64,000 nucleotides of DNA from an uncultured Gammaproteobacteria bacterium. GTDB lineage: Bacteria; Pseudomonadota; Gammaproteobacteria; Steroidobacterales; Steroidobacteraceae. The notes under the pieces were generated by a model. The model was not told the DNA's origin and made no database searches. It saw only the letters and a list, made by a program, of their open reading frames with translations. The position numbers were made by a program, and so were the translations under genes. Each line of letters starts with the position of its first letter. The first letter of the stretch is position 1. Below, one piece after another: positions 9,364 through 19,229 of the stretch. The stretch lies in NCBI GenBank assembly GCA_963713175.1, contig CAVQKW010000008.1:60281-124280 (forward strand), written 5' to 3'.

Positions 9364-11403
9364 ATGAAAACACCCATCATCGCGGCGCTCGCTGCCGCCC
9401 TGGTCCCCCTCGCCCTCGCTGCCGCCACACCGGCGTTTCCGCCCTGGGGCGTGACGCTCGGCGATATGGACCCCGCCATCGCCCCGGGCGCGGACTTCTT
9501 CGGCTACACCAACGGCGGGTGGCTGAAGCACGCCGTCATTCCCCCCGACCGCCAGATCGCCGGCGTCAACCTCGAGCTCGACGAGGGGAACGAAGCGAAA
9601 CTCAAGGCCATCGTGGCGAGCCTGCGCAGTGCGCGCGAGGAGAAGCTCAGCGCCGAGGAGCGCAAGCTGCGCGACCTGTACAACGCCTTCGAGGACACCG
9701 CGGCGATCGAGGCGGCGGGCCTCGGCCCCGTCAAGGCGGACCTCGCGCGCATCGCCTCCCTGAAGAACTCCGCCGAGGTCGCCGCCTTCATGGGGGCGCC
9801 CGCCAACCAGGTGGATGGTCCTTTCAATGACGACCTGACCATCGACGAGAAGAATCCATCCGCCTACATCGTGCGCCTCTCGCAGTCCGGCCTCGGCATG
9901 CCGGACCGGGACTACTACCTGCGCAGTGACAAGGAGCTCGCCGCGACCCGCGAGGCCTACCACAAGTACCTCGCCGACATGCTGGCGTTCGCCGCAATCA
10001 CCGACCCGGCGCGCGCAGCTGCGGTGTACGAACTCGAGATGCGCATGGCCGGCGCGCACTGGCCGGCCGAGGAGCGCCGCGAGGCCGACAAGACCTACAA
10101 CCTGATGAGCGTGGCGACCTTGAGCGCCTTCGCGCCGCAGTTTCCATGGAGCGCGTACTTTGGCGCCGCCGGCATCACTGCGCGCGCGGGCAGCCGGGAG
10201 CGCATGGTGGACGTCGCGGAGAAATCCGCCTTCCCGAAGCTCGCCGCGGTGTTCGGCGCTACCCCGGTCGCGGTGTGGCGCGACTACCTCACGGTGCGCT
10301 ACCTGCACTCGCACGCCAACTATCTGCCCAAGCGCGTCGACGACCGTGACTTCGCCTTCTACGGCACGGTGATCTCCGGGCAGAAACAGCAGTTGCCGCG
10401 CGATATCCGCGGTATCCATCTGCTCGATGAGCAGATGGGCGAGGCGCTCGGCAAGCTCTACTGCGCGCGCTACTTCCCGCCCGAGGCCAAGCGCAAGAGC
10501 CGCGAGCTGGTCACGAACCTCCTCAAGGCGTACGAGGCGGACATCCGCACGCTCAGCTGGATGACGCCGGCAACCCGGACGAAGGCGCTGGAGAAGATCC
10601 ACACCTTCATGCCGAAGATCGGCTACCCGGACAAGTGGCGCGACTACTCCGCGCTCGGCATTCGCGGCGACGATCTGATCGGCGACGTGCGCAACGCCAC
10701 GCTCTTCGAATGGAACCGCGAGCTGGTGCGCATCGACCGGCCGGTCGATCGCAGCGAGTGGGACATGACCCCACCCACCAACAACGCCTACTACAACCCG
10801 ACGCTCAACGAGGTCGTGTTCCCGGCCGGCATCCTGCAGCCGCCGTACTTCGATCCGAACGCCGACGATGCGGTGAACTACGGCGAGATCGGCGCCACCA
10901 TCGGGCACGAGATCAGCCACGGATTCGACGACCAGGGCAGCAAGTACGACGCTACCGGGCGGCTCAACAACTGGTGGACGGACGAGGACCGCAAGAACTT
11001 CGACGCGCGCACCGCAGCCCTCGCCAGGCAGTACGACCAGTACGAACCACTCCCGGGCCTGCACCTGAACGGCAAGCTCACGCTCGGGGAGAACATCGCG
11101 GACCTCGCGGGCCTGGTGATCGCCTACAAGGCCTACCACATCTCACTCGGCGGCAAGAGCGCGCCGGTGCTGAACGGGTTCAGCGGGGACCAGCGCTTCT
11201 ACATTGCCTACGGCCAGAGCTGGCGCGAAGTGTGGAGTGACGGGCGCACGCGGCGCATCGTGCTGTCCAATCCGCACAGTCCGTCCAGGTACCGCGTCAA
11301 CGGTGTGGTGCGCAACGACGACGGCTGGTACGCCGCCTTCCCGCAGATCAAGGCCGGGGATGCGCTCTACCTGCCACCCGCGCAGCGGGTGCGCCTCTGG
11401 TGA
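9364..11403 (+). CDS. M13 family metallopeptidase (PepO / endothelin-converting-enzyme-like)
   Basis: ATG at 9364 gives the signal peptide MKTPIIAALAAALVPLALAA. Zinc motifs GHEISHGFD and GENIADLAG. C-terminus PPAQRVRLW is typical of M13. Confidence 0.9.
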   Translation: MKTPIIAALAAALVPLALAAATPAFPPWGVTLGDMDPAIAPGADFFGYTNGGWLKHAVIPPDRQIAGVNLELDEGNEAKLKAIVASLRSAREEKLSAEERKLRDLYNAFEDTAAIEAAGLGPVKADLARIASLKNSAEVAAFMGAPANQVDGPFNDDLTIDEKNPSAYIVRLSQSGLGMPDRDYYLRSDKELAATREAYHKYLADMLAFAAITDPARAAAVYELEMRMAGAHWPAEERREADKTYNLMSVATLSAFAPQFPWSAYFGAAGITARAGSRERMVDVAEKSAFPKLAAVFGATPVAVWRDYLTVRYLHSHANYLPKRVDDRDFAFYGTVISGQKQQLPRDIRGIHLLDEQMGEALGKLYCARYFPPEAKRKSRELVTNLLKAYEADIRTLSWMTPATRTKALEKIHTFMPKIGYPDKWRDYSALGIRGDDLIGDVRNATLFEWNRELVRIDRPVDRSEWDMTPPTNNAYYNPTLNEVVFPAGILQPPYFDPNADDAVNYGEIGATIGHEISHGFDDQGSKYDATGRLNNWWTDEDRKNFDARTAALARQYDQYEPLPGLHLNGKLTLGENIADLAGLVIAYKAYHISLGGKSAPVLNGFSGDQRFYIAYGQSWREVWSDGRTRRIVLSNPHSPSRYRVNGVVRNDDGWYAAFPQIKAGDALYLPPAQRVRLW

Positions 11404-11430
11404 GCTGACGGTTCCGTGCGCCCGCGCCGC

Positions 11431-12421
11431 TCAGCCGCGCGGATCGCGCGCCACCGCGCCCAATAGGTCGACGAGCACGCGCAGCGTGTCGGCAATCTCA
11501 TCGTGCAGTGCATCGCCCTTCAAGTGCGCCAGTGCGTTGAGAGAATGACGCTCCGCGAGCCGCTGCGCCACGACATAGCCGACGTAGTACCCGGCGCGCG
11601 CCGGAAGAGCGTGCTTGCCTGCCGTGGGACCGGAGGTGAAGTAGGTGAAGAACAGCTCCCGGTCGATGCGATCCATCCCGGCAAGGAGCTCCGCCGCCAT
11701 CTGCGGCATCAGCGGCCGGGCGCGCTCTTCGAGATGCTTTGACAGCAGCGCGTCCGCGGTGCTTGCGCCAGGCGTCAGCGCCTGGCTTACGTAGGTCGCC
11801 AACCCTTCCGCCCACAGTGCGCGCCAGATGGCCTGATGCTCCGCCGGGTCGTCGCTGAAGCCCGCGGCCTCGAAATGGTAGCGGTGAAAGAACTCGTGGT
11901 TGAAGAACACGGCCAGTGACATATGCGGTTCTTCCAGCTCGATCGAGCCGATCCCGAGCACCATCGCCGGCTGCCCATCGACTAGCCTCCCCGCGCCATC
12001 GAGTGTCCCGAGGGAGTCGCTGAGATAGACGGGGAAGTTGCAGCTGAAGTCCGCGAAGGCGCGGTGAAAAGCCCGGGCGGTTGCGGCGACCTGGGCGCGC
12101 ACGCGCGCCTTCAGGGCCCGCCGGTCGGGCGCCTTGCGGGCCTGCGCGAGCGAGGCGAGGATCCCCCGGTCCATGCCGGGGCCCGGCGCAAGACCGAGCA
12201 CATCTTGCGCGTAGAGGCCCGGGATGGGGATCGATGAGCGAGCGCTTGTAGGCTGCGATCTGCTGCGCGTCGGGCTCACCCGCGGTGCGGGCCGCGAGCG
12301 CGGCGAGCGGCGCGATCGCATCGACGATGGGACAGGTTCCGGCACCCGCCGCCGGCAGCAACGCCGGGGCGAGACCCAGAGCGAGCACCGCGAGCGCGGT
12401 TGCTGCCCGCGCGACCCTCAC
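11431..12421 (-). pseudogene. putative secreted HExxH zinc metallopeptidase (DUF2268-like), one frameshift near 12235
   Basis: HEFFH motif in ORF 11431-12345. The signal-peptide-like N-terminus VRVARAATALAVLALGLAPALL lies in another frame (ORF 11498-13192). The GTG start overlaps the PhzF stop (GTGA). Confidence 0.5.
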
Positions 12422-13263
12422 AACGTCACCCAGCCGCGTCCGAGCTCGATCACGTCCCCGCTCACCAGCACGTGGCGCTCCTCGCTCACGCGCAGCCGCA
12501 GGGCGGACGGACGACCGACGTACTCCCCCTGCGAGATCTCGAACTCGCACGGCAGGGCATGTCCCATCGCGAGATACCAGCCGCCCAGGTTGGCGAGCGC
12601 CGAGCCGGTCGCCGGGTCCTCGCGCGCCGCGCGGCCCTGAGCGAAGAAAAAGCGCGCCAGGAGCCCCGTGCCGGCGGCCGCGAACACATAGGCCTGGCCG
12701 GCTGCCGCTGACGCTGCGCAGCTGCGCCAGCAGGTCCGCGCGCACCTCCGCGCGCCGCACGGCCGCCTCGCTCGCGAGCGGCACGATGAGCTGCTCAGTG
12801 CCCACATTGACCCACAGTGGCCGCTCGCCGATATCGCGCTCCTCGAGGCCGAGCATGGCGGCGAGCGTCAGGCGCGGCTCGGAAACCTCGCGCCACGTGG
12901 GCGGGTTCGCCTGCAGCGTCCAGCGGTCGCCGCTGGCGCGCACCGGGATCACCCCCGCGGGCATCTCGAGCGTCAGGCGATCGCCGGCAAGCCCCAGTGC
13001 GCGGCACACGTGCGCCGTCCCGAGGGTCGGGTGGCCGGCAAACAGCATCTCGTACTCGGGAGTGAAGATGCGCACCGCGGCGGTGGCCCGCTCGCGAGGG
13101 CAGGATGAACGTCGTCTCGGAGAGGTTGAACTGCAGCGCGAGCGCCTGCATCCTCTCGACAGTCGAGCCCCTGTGCTTTCTCGAACACGCACAGCGGGTT
13201 GCCGGTCAGGGGCTCGCGCCCCTGAGTGAACACGTTGACGATGCGATAGGAGTAGGTGCCCAT
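12418..13263 (-). pseudogene. PhzF family phenazine-biosynthesis-like isomerase, frameshifted
   Basis: MGTYSYRIVNVFT...GNPLCVF (ORF 12973-13263), NLSETTFILP (12795-13151), FTPEYEMLFAGHPTLGTAHV (11498-13192) and EDPATGSALANLGGWY (12418-12807) are collinear PhzF motifs spread over 4 frame segments. Confidence 0.8.
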
Positions 13264-13296
13264 GCGGAGCGCGATTGTATCCCCGGACGATCGTCC

Positions 13297-14016
13297 TTGA
13301 GCACGGAGTTACTGTTCCGCGACGACGCCTACCTGCGCACCGCCGCCGCGCACGTGGTGAGCACGGGTCCGCGCGGTATCGAGCTCGATCGTACGGTGTT
13401 CTACCCGCTCGGCGGCGGTCAGGCCGGCGACACCGGCTTCCTCACGCGCGCCAGCGGCGAGCGTATCGTCATAGCCGACACCCGCAAGGGGGACGGACCG
13501 CAGAGCGTGCTGCACATCCCCGTGCCGGGCTCGCTCGGCCCCGAGGCGGGCGAGTCCGTCACTCTCGAGATCGACTGGGAGCGACGTTACCGGCTGATGC
13601 GGCTGCACACCGCGCTGCACCTGATGTCGTGCGTCGTCGTGGCGCCGGTGACCGGCGGCAACATCGTGCCGGAAAAGGCGCGCCTGGACTTCGACATCGA
13701 GCTCGCTGCGCTGGATGCGCGACGCATCGAGGACGCAACCAATGCGCTGATCGCCTCAGGGGTCGCGACCGAAACCACCTGGATCACGGATGCGGAGCTG
13801 GATGCCCAGCCGGAGCTGGTCAAGACCATGAGCGTGCAGCCACCGCGCGGCTTGGGCAGGGTGCGGTTGCTGCGCATCCCGGGGATCGACCTGCAACCGT
13901 GCGGCGGCACACACGTCGCCCATATCGCCGAGATCGGTCCGATCCGGGTGCTGAAGATCCGCAGCGAAGGCAAGCACAACAAGCGCGTAGAGATCGCGCT
14001 CACTGATAGCGGCTGA
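13297..14016 (+). CDS. alanyl-tRNA editing protein (AlaX-type, threonyl/alanyl-tRNA synthetase second additional domain)
   Basis: Zinc and editing motifs MRLHTALHLM (HxxxH) and QPCGGTHV (CxxxH). The start is uncertain; I chose the in-frame TTG at 13297 because the upstream part of the ORF overlaps PhzF. Confidence 0.75.
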   Translation: MSTELLFRDDAYLRTAAAHVVSTGPRGIELDRTVFYPLGGGQAGDTGFLTRASGERIVIADTRKGDGPQSVLHIPVPGSLGPEAGESVTLEIDWERRYRLMRLHTALHLMSCVVVAPVTGGNIVPEKARLDFDIELAALDARRIEDATNALIASGVATETTWITDAELDAQPELVKTMSVQPPRGLGRVRLLRIPGIDLQPCGGTHVAHIAEIGPIRVLKIRSEGKHNKRVEIALTDSG

Positions 14017-14634
14017 CCTCGATGCCATTGCCGACGGCGAGCAGCACCGAGGTCATGTCGCGTGCCGTCGCGCACCCGCCGGCGATAGGCCTGGGCGTGC
14101 GGACGGGCGCTCTCGGGCTGCAGCATGTTGTCGGCGACCACGATCGCGCCCTGGGCGAGCTTCGGATGCAGCCGCTCGAACACCGGCACGTACAGGTCCT
14201 TCCACAGGTCGATCAGCACCAGATCGAACGGCCCCTCGAGTGACTCGAGGCTCGCGAGCGCGTCCCCGACGCGAAACTCCACGTAGTCTGCAAGCCCTGC
14301 GCGGGCCAGCTGCGTCCGTGCATACTCGGTCTTCGGCGCCTTGCAGCTCGAGGGAGATCACCCGGCCGCCCACCGCACGCGCGGCCTCGGCGAGCCAGGT
14401 GGTCGAGTAACCGTAGGAGCTGCCGACTTCCAGAATGCGCCGCGCCTCACCCTCCTTCGCCAGCAGATTGAGCAGCGTTCCCGTCGCCCGCCCGACCGGC
14501 AGCAGCATCTCGTCGCGGCGCTGATTCGCCTCCTCCGGCGTGAGGGTGCTCCAGATTTCTTCTTCTCGCCTGGCGCGCGCCTCGTAGTCGGCGATCACCG
14601 TCAACACCCCCTGATCCATCGTGCTTGAATTCAT
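14002..14634 (-). pseudogene. class I SAM-dependent O-methyltransferase (caffeoyl-CoA OMT-like), frameshifted
   Basis: ILEVGSSYGYSTTWLA (SAM motif I) in ORF 14053-14751, and FDLVLIDLWKDLY...AIVVADNML in ORF 13587-14282. The last 13 codons (TSVLLAVGNGIEVSRYQ) are in a third frame. Confidence 0.75.
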
Positions 14635-14653
14635 GAGCCCCCCAACTTCGCAG

Positions 14654-15246
14654 CTAGGCTGCGCCGGAGAAATACTGTTGCAGTGATGCCACGCCGAGAC
14701 GTTTGGCCTCGAACAGGCTCTCGAGGTGCTCGCGCGAGTTGACGAGCCCACGCGCCCGCAGTATCCCCTGCTCGTCCACGAGCGCCGCGAACGGCAGACG
14801 GCTCACCTGAAAGGCGAGGCCGAGGGCTGCCGACACCACGTACGGAATGTCCTCGAGTCCCTGGGAGCGCACGAACGAGCGCTGCTCGGCCACCTCGCCA
14901 TCGCTCGCCAACATCACATCGAGCCAGCCGCGCTCATCGCGGCGGCTGGACTTCACCGCCGGGAGCAGGGTCTTGCATACCGGGCAGCCGGGAGCCACGA
15001 AGAGCAGCAGGGTGCTGCGCCCGTCGCCACGCACTCCCCCACCCGATGCGCGCGGCCATCGAGGTCCGTCACCTCGATCTGCGGCGCGGGCTCACCGACC
15101 GTAAGACCCCGATTGAGCATCAGCGCACCGGCGGGCGCGATGCGCTCGTGCAGTATGCCGAGCTGACGGGTGAGCGCCAGCAGCACGGCCGAGAGCGCCA
15201 GTACCAGCACCCACAGCACGAGGTTGGAGATGGCGAGCGCGCTCAC
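14654..15246 (-). pseudogene. mauD: methylamine utilization protein MauD-like thioredoxin-fold protein, one frameshift
   Basis: Membrane anchor and N-terminal part in ORF 14953-15441 (SALAISNLVLWVLVLALSAVLL...GLTVGEPAPQIEVTDLDG). CPVC thioredoxin motif in ORF 14654-15034 (LLLFVAPGCPVCK). The GTG start overlaps the mauE stop. Confidence 0.75.
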
Positions 15247-15782
15247 CGCGGATTCCCCAGCGCCGCCGTACGCGGCGCCACCCGGCCGAGGAGCCGGTCC
15301 AGGCTCATATATAAGAGTGCCGAGACCGCAATCCCCGCACCCACGGTGAGGGCATCGACCGGCGTCACGGGCCGCACACTCCAGCTGGCCAGCAACACGC
15401 AAAGCAGCCCCGCCAGACCCAGATTGCGCCACACCATCCACGGCGCGATCGGTCGCGCATCATCCGCCCCACCACAACCGCAGGCCAGCTCGCGCCGGCC
15501 GCGAGCGAGATTGACCCCGATCGCGAGCGCGTAGAGCGACAGCAGTACCGCCCCGGTGAGTGCCGCGCTGCGGCGCGCGGCGCCAGGCAGCAGTGCCACC
15601 GCCACTGCAAGCTCGAGCGAGGGCACCACCCAGGCGAGCGGCACGGCGCTCTCGGGCAGTACGCGGTAGGCGGACAACAGTGCGGCAAAACGCGCCGCGC
15701 CGCGCAGCTTGTGCAGCGCCGCGCTCGCGAACAATAGCGCGAAGCATCCCACGAGCAGTGCACCGACAGCCGGGTCCAGCAT
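15243..15782 (-). CDS. mauE: methylamine utilization protein MauE-like membrane protein
   Basis: Four-TM protein with HKL...ACGCGG, characteristic of the MauE/DoxX-like family. I chose the start at the second Met (15782); the alternative at 15854 would overlap the divergent decarboxylase start. Confidence 0.75.
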   Translation of the reverse strand: MLDPAVGALLVGCFALLFASAALHKLRGAARFAALLSAYRVLPESAVPLAWVVPSLELAVAVALLPGAARRSAALTGAVLLSLYALAIGVNLARGRRELACGCGGADDARPIAPWMVWRNLGLAGLLCVLLASWSVRPVTPVDALTVGAGIAVSALLYMSLDRLLGRVAPRTAALGNPR

Positions 15783-15852
15783 CACCACCCATGATAAACC
15801 AGCCACCGTGTAGTATCGGCGCAGCTCACTGATATCGGCACGGGCCACCCGC

Positions 15853-17277
15853 ATGAACCCTCGCCCCACGACCGCTCTTGCGCTGTCGAACGCGGAATTC
15901 CGGGCGCTCGCCGCGCGCGTCACGGACCTGGCGGCGCAGTACCTCGCCGGTCTCGGTGAAGCACGGGCCTTTCCCTCGGTGACCGGTGAATCGGTCGCCG
16001 GCGCGCTCGCGGCGCCGATTCCCGAAGAGGGTCTGCACGCCGGCGCGCTGGACGCTCTGGCGCAGGTCCTCGAGCTGTCGCGCGCGCCGACGGGGCGCTT
16101 CTTCGGCTACGTCCTGGGGTCGGGCGAGCCGGTCGCAGCTCTTGCGGACCTGTTGGCGAGTGTCCTCAACCAGAACGTCACCGCATGGCGTTCGGCACCC
16201 GCCGCGGTGACGATCGAGCGCAACCTCGTCGGGTCACTGGCCGCGGCGCTTGGCTGCGCGAATTTTACCGGAAGCCTGTGCGGCGGGGGGTCGGCGGCCA
16301 ACCTGATGGGGCTCGCGATGGCGCGCGAGGCGCGCCTCGCGGCCAACGAAACCGGCGTGCGGCCGGGGGTGGTGTACGCGTCCAGCGAAGTGCACATGTC
16401 GATCCCCAAGGCCGTCGCGCTACTGGGACTCGGTCGAGCCAATCTGCGCACCGTCCCCGTGGACGAGGAGTTCCGCATGGACGCCGGTGAGCTCAAGCGC
16501 GCCATCGCGGCGGACCGTGCCGCCGGCCGGACACCCTGCGCCGTCGTCGCGAGCGCCGGTACGGTCAACACCGGGTCCATCGATCCGCTGCCGGCGATCG
16601 CCGCGGTGTGTCGCGAGCAGGATCTGTGGCTGCACGTCGACGGCGCCTACGGGGCACTCGCCGCGCTCGCCGTTCCCGGGCGGTTCACCGGCCTGTCAGA
16701 GGCGGACTCGCTGTCGCTCGATGCGCACAAGTGGCTCTACCAGCCGCTCGACTGCGGACTGCTGCTGTTCCGCAGCGCCCGGGCGGCACGCGCGGCCTTC
16801 TCCTTCACCGGCGACTATGCCAAGGCCCTCGCCGCTGACCCGCTCGAGGGGTTCGCCTTCTTCGATGAGACACTCGAGCTCTCGCGGCGCTTCCGGGCGC
16901 TGAAACTGTGGCTGTCGCTGCGCTATCACGGGCTCGCCGCCTTCCGCTCGGCAATCCATGCCGATCTGCAGCACGCGCATCAGCTCGCGGAAGTTATCGG
17001 CGCGACGAGTGACCTCGAGCTGCTCGCCCCCGTGGCGCTCGGCGCCGTCTGCTTCCGGCACCGGGCCGGCACTCGCGCAGGTGACGCCAATGTGCTCAAC
17101 GCGGCGATCCTGAAGCGGCTCATCGAGCGCGGCCGGGTGTACCTCTCCAACGCCACGCTGCGGGGGCAGTTCGCACTGCGGGCATGCTTCGTCAATCACC
17201 GCACGGTGCCTGCCGATGTGAGCGAGATCGTCCCCGAGGTGCTGGCGGCAGCGCGTGAGGTCGGCGGGCGCGCCTGA
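15853..17277 (+). CDS. pyridoxal-dependent (group II) amino-acid decarboxylase, aromatic-L-amino-acid decarboxylase-like
   Basis: Intact 474-aa ORF. PLP-lysine motif SLDAHKWLYQPLDCG. Confidence 0.9.
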   Translation: MNPRPTTALALSNAEFRALAARVTDLAAQYLAGLGEARAFPSVTGESVAGALAAPIPEEGLHAGALDALAQVLELSRAPTGRFFGYVLGSGEPVAALADLLASVLNQNVTAWRSAPAAVTIERNLVGSLAAALGCANFTGSLCGGGSAANLMGLAMAREARLAANETGVRPGVVYASSEVHMSIPKAVALLGLGRANLRTVPVDEEFRMDAGELKRAIAADRAAGRTPCAVVASAGTVNTGSIDPLPAIAAVCREQDLWLHVDGAYGALAALAVPGRFTGLSEADSLSLDAHKWLYQPLDCGLLLFRSARAARAAFSFTGDYAKALAADPLEGFAFFDETLELSRRFRALKLWLSLRYHGLAAFRSAIHADLQHAHQLAEVIGATSDLELLAPVALGAVCFRHRAGTRAGDANVLNAAILKRLIERGRVYLSNATLRGQFALRACFVNHRTVPADVSEIVPEVLAAAREVGGRA

Positions 17278-17325
17278 AGCACGCGGCGTGTGGCGCGGTG
17301 ATCGTCGCGATTTCATAATGGCCGC

Positions 17326-17898
17326 ATGCGTACCGCGCGGCTCGAGGCATTCACCGATGGCGTCGTGGCGATCATCATCACCATCATGGTGCTGGAGATC
17401 CGTGTGCCACACGGTACCGACCTTGCCGCACTGCGCGCCGATCTGCCGCTGCTCCTGACGTACCTCTTGAGCTATGTGAACGTCGGCATATTCTGGAACA
17501 ACCATCACCACATGCTGCACGCGACCGAGCGGGTGAACGGCAGAGTGCTGTGGGCCAATCTGGGGCTGCTCTTCTGGCTGTCGCTGGTGCCGTTCGTGAT
17601 CCGCTGGATCGACGAGGCGGGGTTTGCTGCCCTGCCGAGTGCGGCTTACGGGGTGGTGCTGCTCGGTGCCGCGCTCAGCTACAACGTGCTGCAGTGGCAG
17701 ATCATCGCACTCAACGGGCGCAGCTCGCGTCTCGCGGTCGCGCTCGGCAGCGACCTGAAGGGCAAGGCCTCGGCTGTGCTATACGTGGCCGGCGTGGCGC
17801 TCGCCTTCGTGCACCCGTGGATCGCGATCGCGCTCTACATACTGGTGGCGCTGGTGTGGCTGGTGCCCGACACTCGGATCGAATCACTTAAGGAGTGA
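17326..17898 (+). CDS. TMEM175 family (DUF1211) potassium channel
   Basis: RLEAFTDGVVAIIITIMVLE matches the RxxxFSD signature helix. Six predicted TM segments, 190 aa. Confidence 0.8.
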   Translation: MRTARLEAFTDGVVAIIITIMVLEIRVPHGTDLAALRADLPLLLTYLLSYVNVGIFWNNHHHMLHATERVNGRVLWANLGLLFWLSLVPFVIRWIDEAGFAALPSAAYGVVLLGAALSYNVLQWQIIALNGRSSRLAVALGSDLKGKASAVLYVAGVALAFVHPWIAIALYILVALVWLVPDTRIESLKE

Positions 17899-17908
17899 CG
17901 AGGAACCC

Positions 17909-18319
17909 ATGAGCGACAGACCTGCGGTGCGCGCCGTCACGGCCGACGCGCGCTACACCGTCACCTTGAGCGATGAGCACGGCCACGAGTGGCTCGCCGA
18001 CGAGCCCACCGCGGCGGGCGGTGCCGACCGCGGCCCGACGCCCCACAACCTTCTGTTGTCGAGTCTCGGAGCCTGCACGGCGATAACGGTACGCATGTAC
18101 GCCGATCGCAAGGGCTGGCCGCTCACGGGCCTCACGGTCGATCTCGAGTTCAATCCCGAGGGGCCACCGCCCTCGGGCGGCACCGAGATACGCCGGCGAA
18201 TCACGCTGCGCGGTGAGCTCAGCGCCGAGCAGCGCGAGCGGCTGCTCGAGATTGCCAATAAGTGTCCGATCCACAAAGTGCTGACGGGCGGGATACGCAT
18301 CGCCTCATCGCTCGCCTGA
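17909..18319 (+). CDS. OsmC family peroxiredoxin-like protein
   Basis: 136 aa. GPTPHNLLLSSLGACTAITVRMYA and ANKCPIHKVL carry the two conserved Cys motifs of OsmC/Ohr. Confidence 0.85.
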   Translation: MSDRPAVRAVTADARYTVTLSDEHGHEWLADEPTAAGGADRGPTPHNLLLSSLGACTAITVRMYADRKGWPLTGLTVDLEFNPEGPPPSGGTEIRRRITLRGELSAEQRERLLEIANKCPIHKVLTGGIRIASSLA

Positions 18320-18329
18320 GGGGCTTTTC

Positions 18330-19229
18330 ATGACGGAACCGCCACTCGAACGTCTCGAAACCCGCGTCGCGGAGATCGGCGGCGGACTGACGATCCGGCG
18401 TGCCCTGCCCAACCTGCAGCGCCGCACGGTGGGCCCGTGGTGCTTCCTCGATCACGCGGGGCCGATGCGATTTGCAGCGGGCGGCGGCATCCACGTCGGC
18501 CCACACCCGCACATCGGACTGCAGACCTTCACCTGGATGATCGAGGGCACGGTCGTGCACCGCGACAGCCTCGGCAACGAGCAGCCGATCACGCCCGGCC
18601 AGGTCAACCTCATGACCGCCGGTGCCGGTATCGTCCACGCCGAGGACTCCGCACCGGGTCCCGCCGGGAGCCTCCATGCGGCGCAGCTGTGGATCGCGCT
18701 GCCCGAGGCCGAGCGCCACCGCCCACCGGCCTTTCGAAACTATCCGCGCCTGCCGCTCATCGAGACGGGCGGCTTCGCCGTGCGGGTCCTGGCTGGCACC
18801 GCGCTCGGGGAAACGTCCCCGGCGGAGGTGCACTCCCCGCTCGTGGGCCTCGACTTCGCAGCCGCGGGATCCGCCTCGCTCGACCTGCCGCTGCGCGCTT
18901 CCTTCGAGCACGCGGCGCTGGTCCTCGCCGGCAGCGCTCGCGCGGCGGGGGAATCGCTGTCACCGGGCACACTCCTGTACGTGGGTGCCGGACGCACGCG
19001 CCTCGATATCAGCTGCGACTTGCCCGCCCGGATCCTCCTCATCGGCGGTAAGCCGTTGCGCGAAGAGATCCTCGTGTGGTGGAACTTCGTCGCGCGCACG
19101 CGCGAGGAGATCGCGCAAGCCACGGACGACTGGAACGCCGGCCGCCGCTTCGGCGCCGTGCACGGCAGTCCCTCGCCGCGCCTCATCGCCCCCGATGTGG
19201 CGGGGCTGAAGCTGCGCGCGCCCGCCTAG
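18330..19229 (+). CDS. pirin family protein
   Basis: 299 aa. Cupin metal motif GPHPHIGLQTFTWMIEG...HRDS...GAGIVHAE. Confidence 0.9.
   Translation: MTEPPLERLETRVAEIGGGLTIRRALPNLQRRTVGPWCFLDHAGPMRFAAGGGIHVGPHPHIGLQTFTWMIEGTVVHRDSLGNEQPITPGQVNLMTAGAGIVHAEDSAPGPAGSLHAAQLWIALPEAERHRPPAFRNYPRLPLIETGGFAVRVLAGTALGETSPAEVHSPLVGLDFAAAGSASLDLPLRASFEHAALVLAGSARAAGESLSPGTLLYVGAGRTRLDISCDLPARILLIGGKPLREEILVWWNFVARTREEIAQATDDWNAGRRFGAVHGSPSPRLIAPDVAGLKLRAPA

Noticed and set aside
8506-11139. 877-aa ORF on the minus strand, one of the longest ORFs in the track
   Set aside because: It runs antisense to the well-supported M13 peptidase and into the S15 hydrolase region. The translation is Arg/Ala/Gly/Val/Pro-dominated with no motifs. 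This is the typical shadow ORF of GC-rich DNA, where stop codons are rare in all frames.
11498-13192. 564-aa minus-strand ORF
   Set aside because: It is a mosaic. Only short internal stretches are real: part of PhzF and the N-terminus of the HExxH protein. The rest is run-on reading through frameshifted genes.
14002-14016. 15-nt convergent overlap of the alaX-type gene and the O-methyltransferase 3' ends
   Set aside because: Short convergent overlaps are common in compact GC-rich genomes. The methyltransferase 3' end also depends on a frameshift correction, so the overlap may be an artefact.
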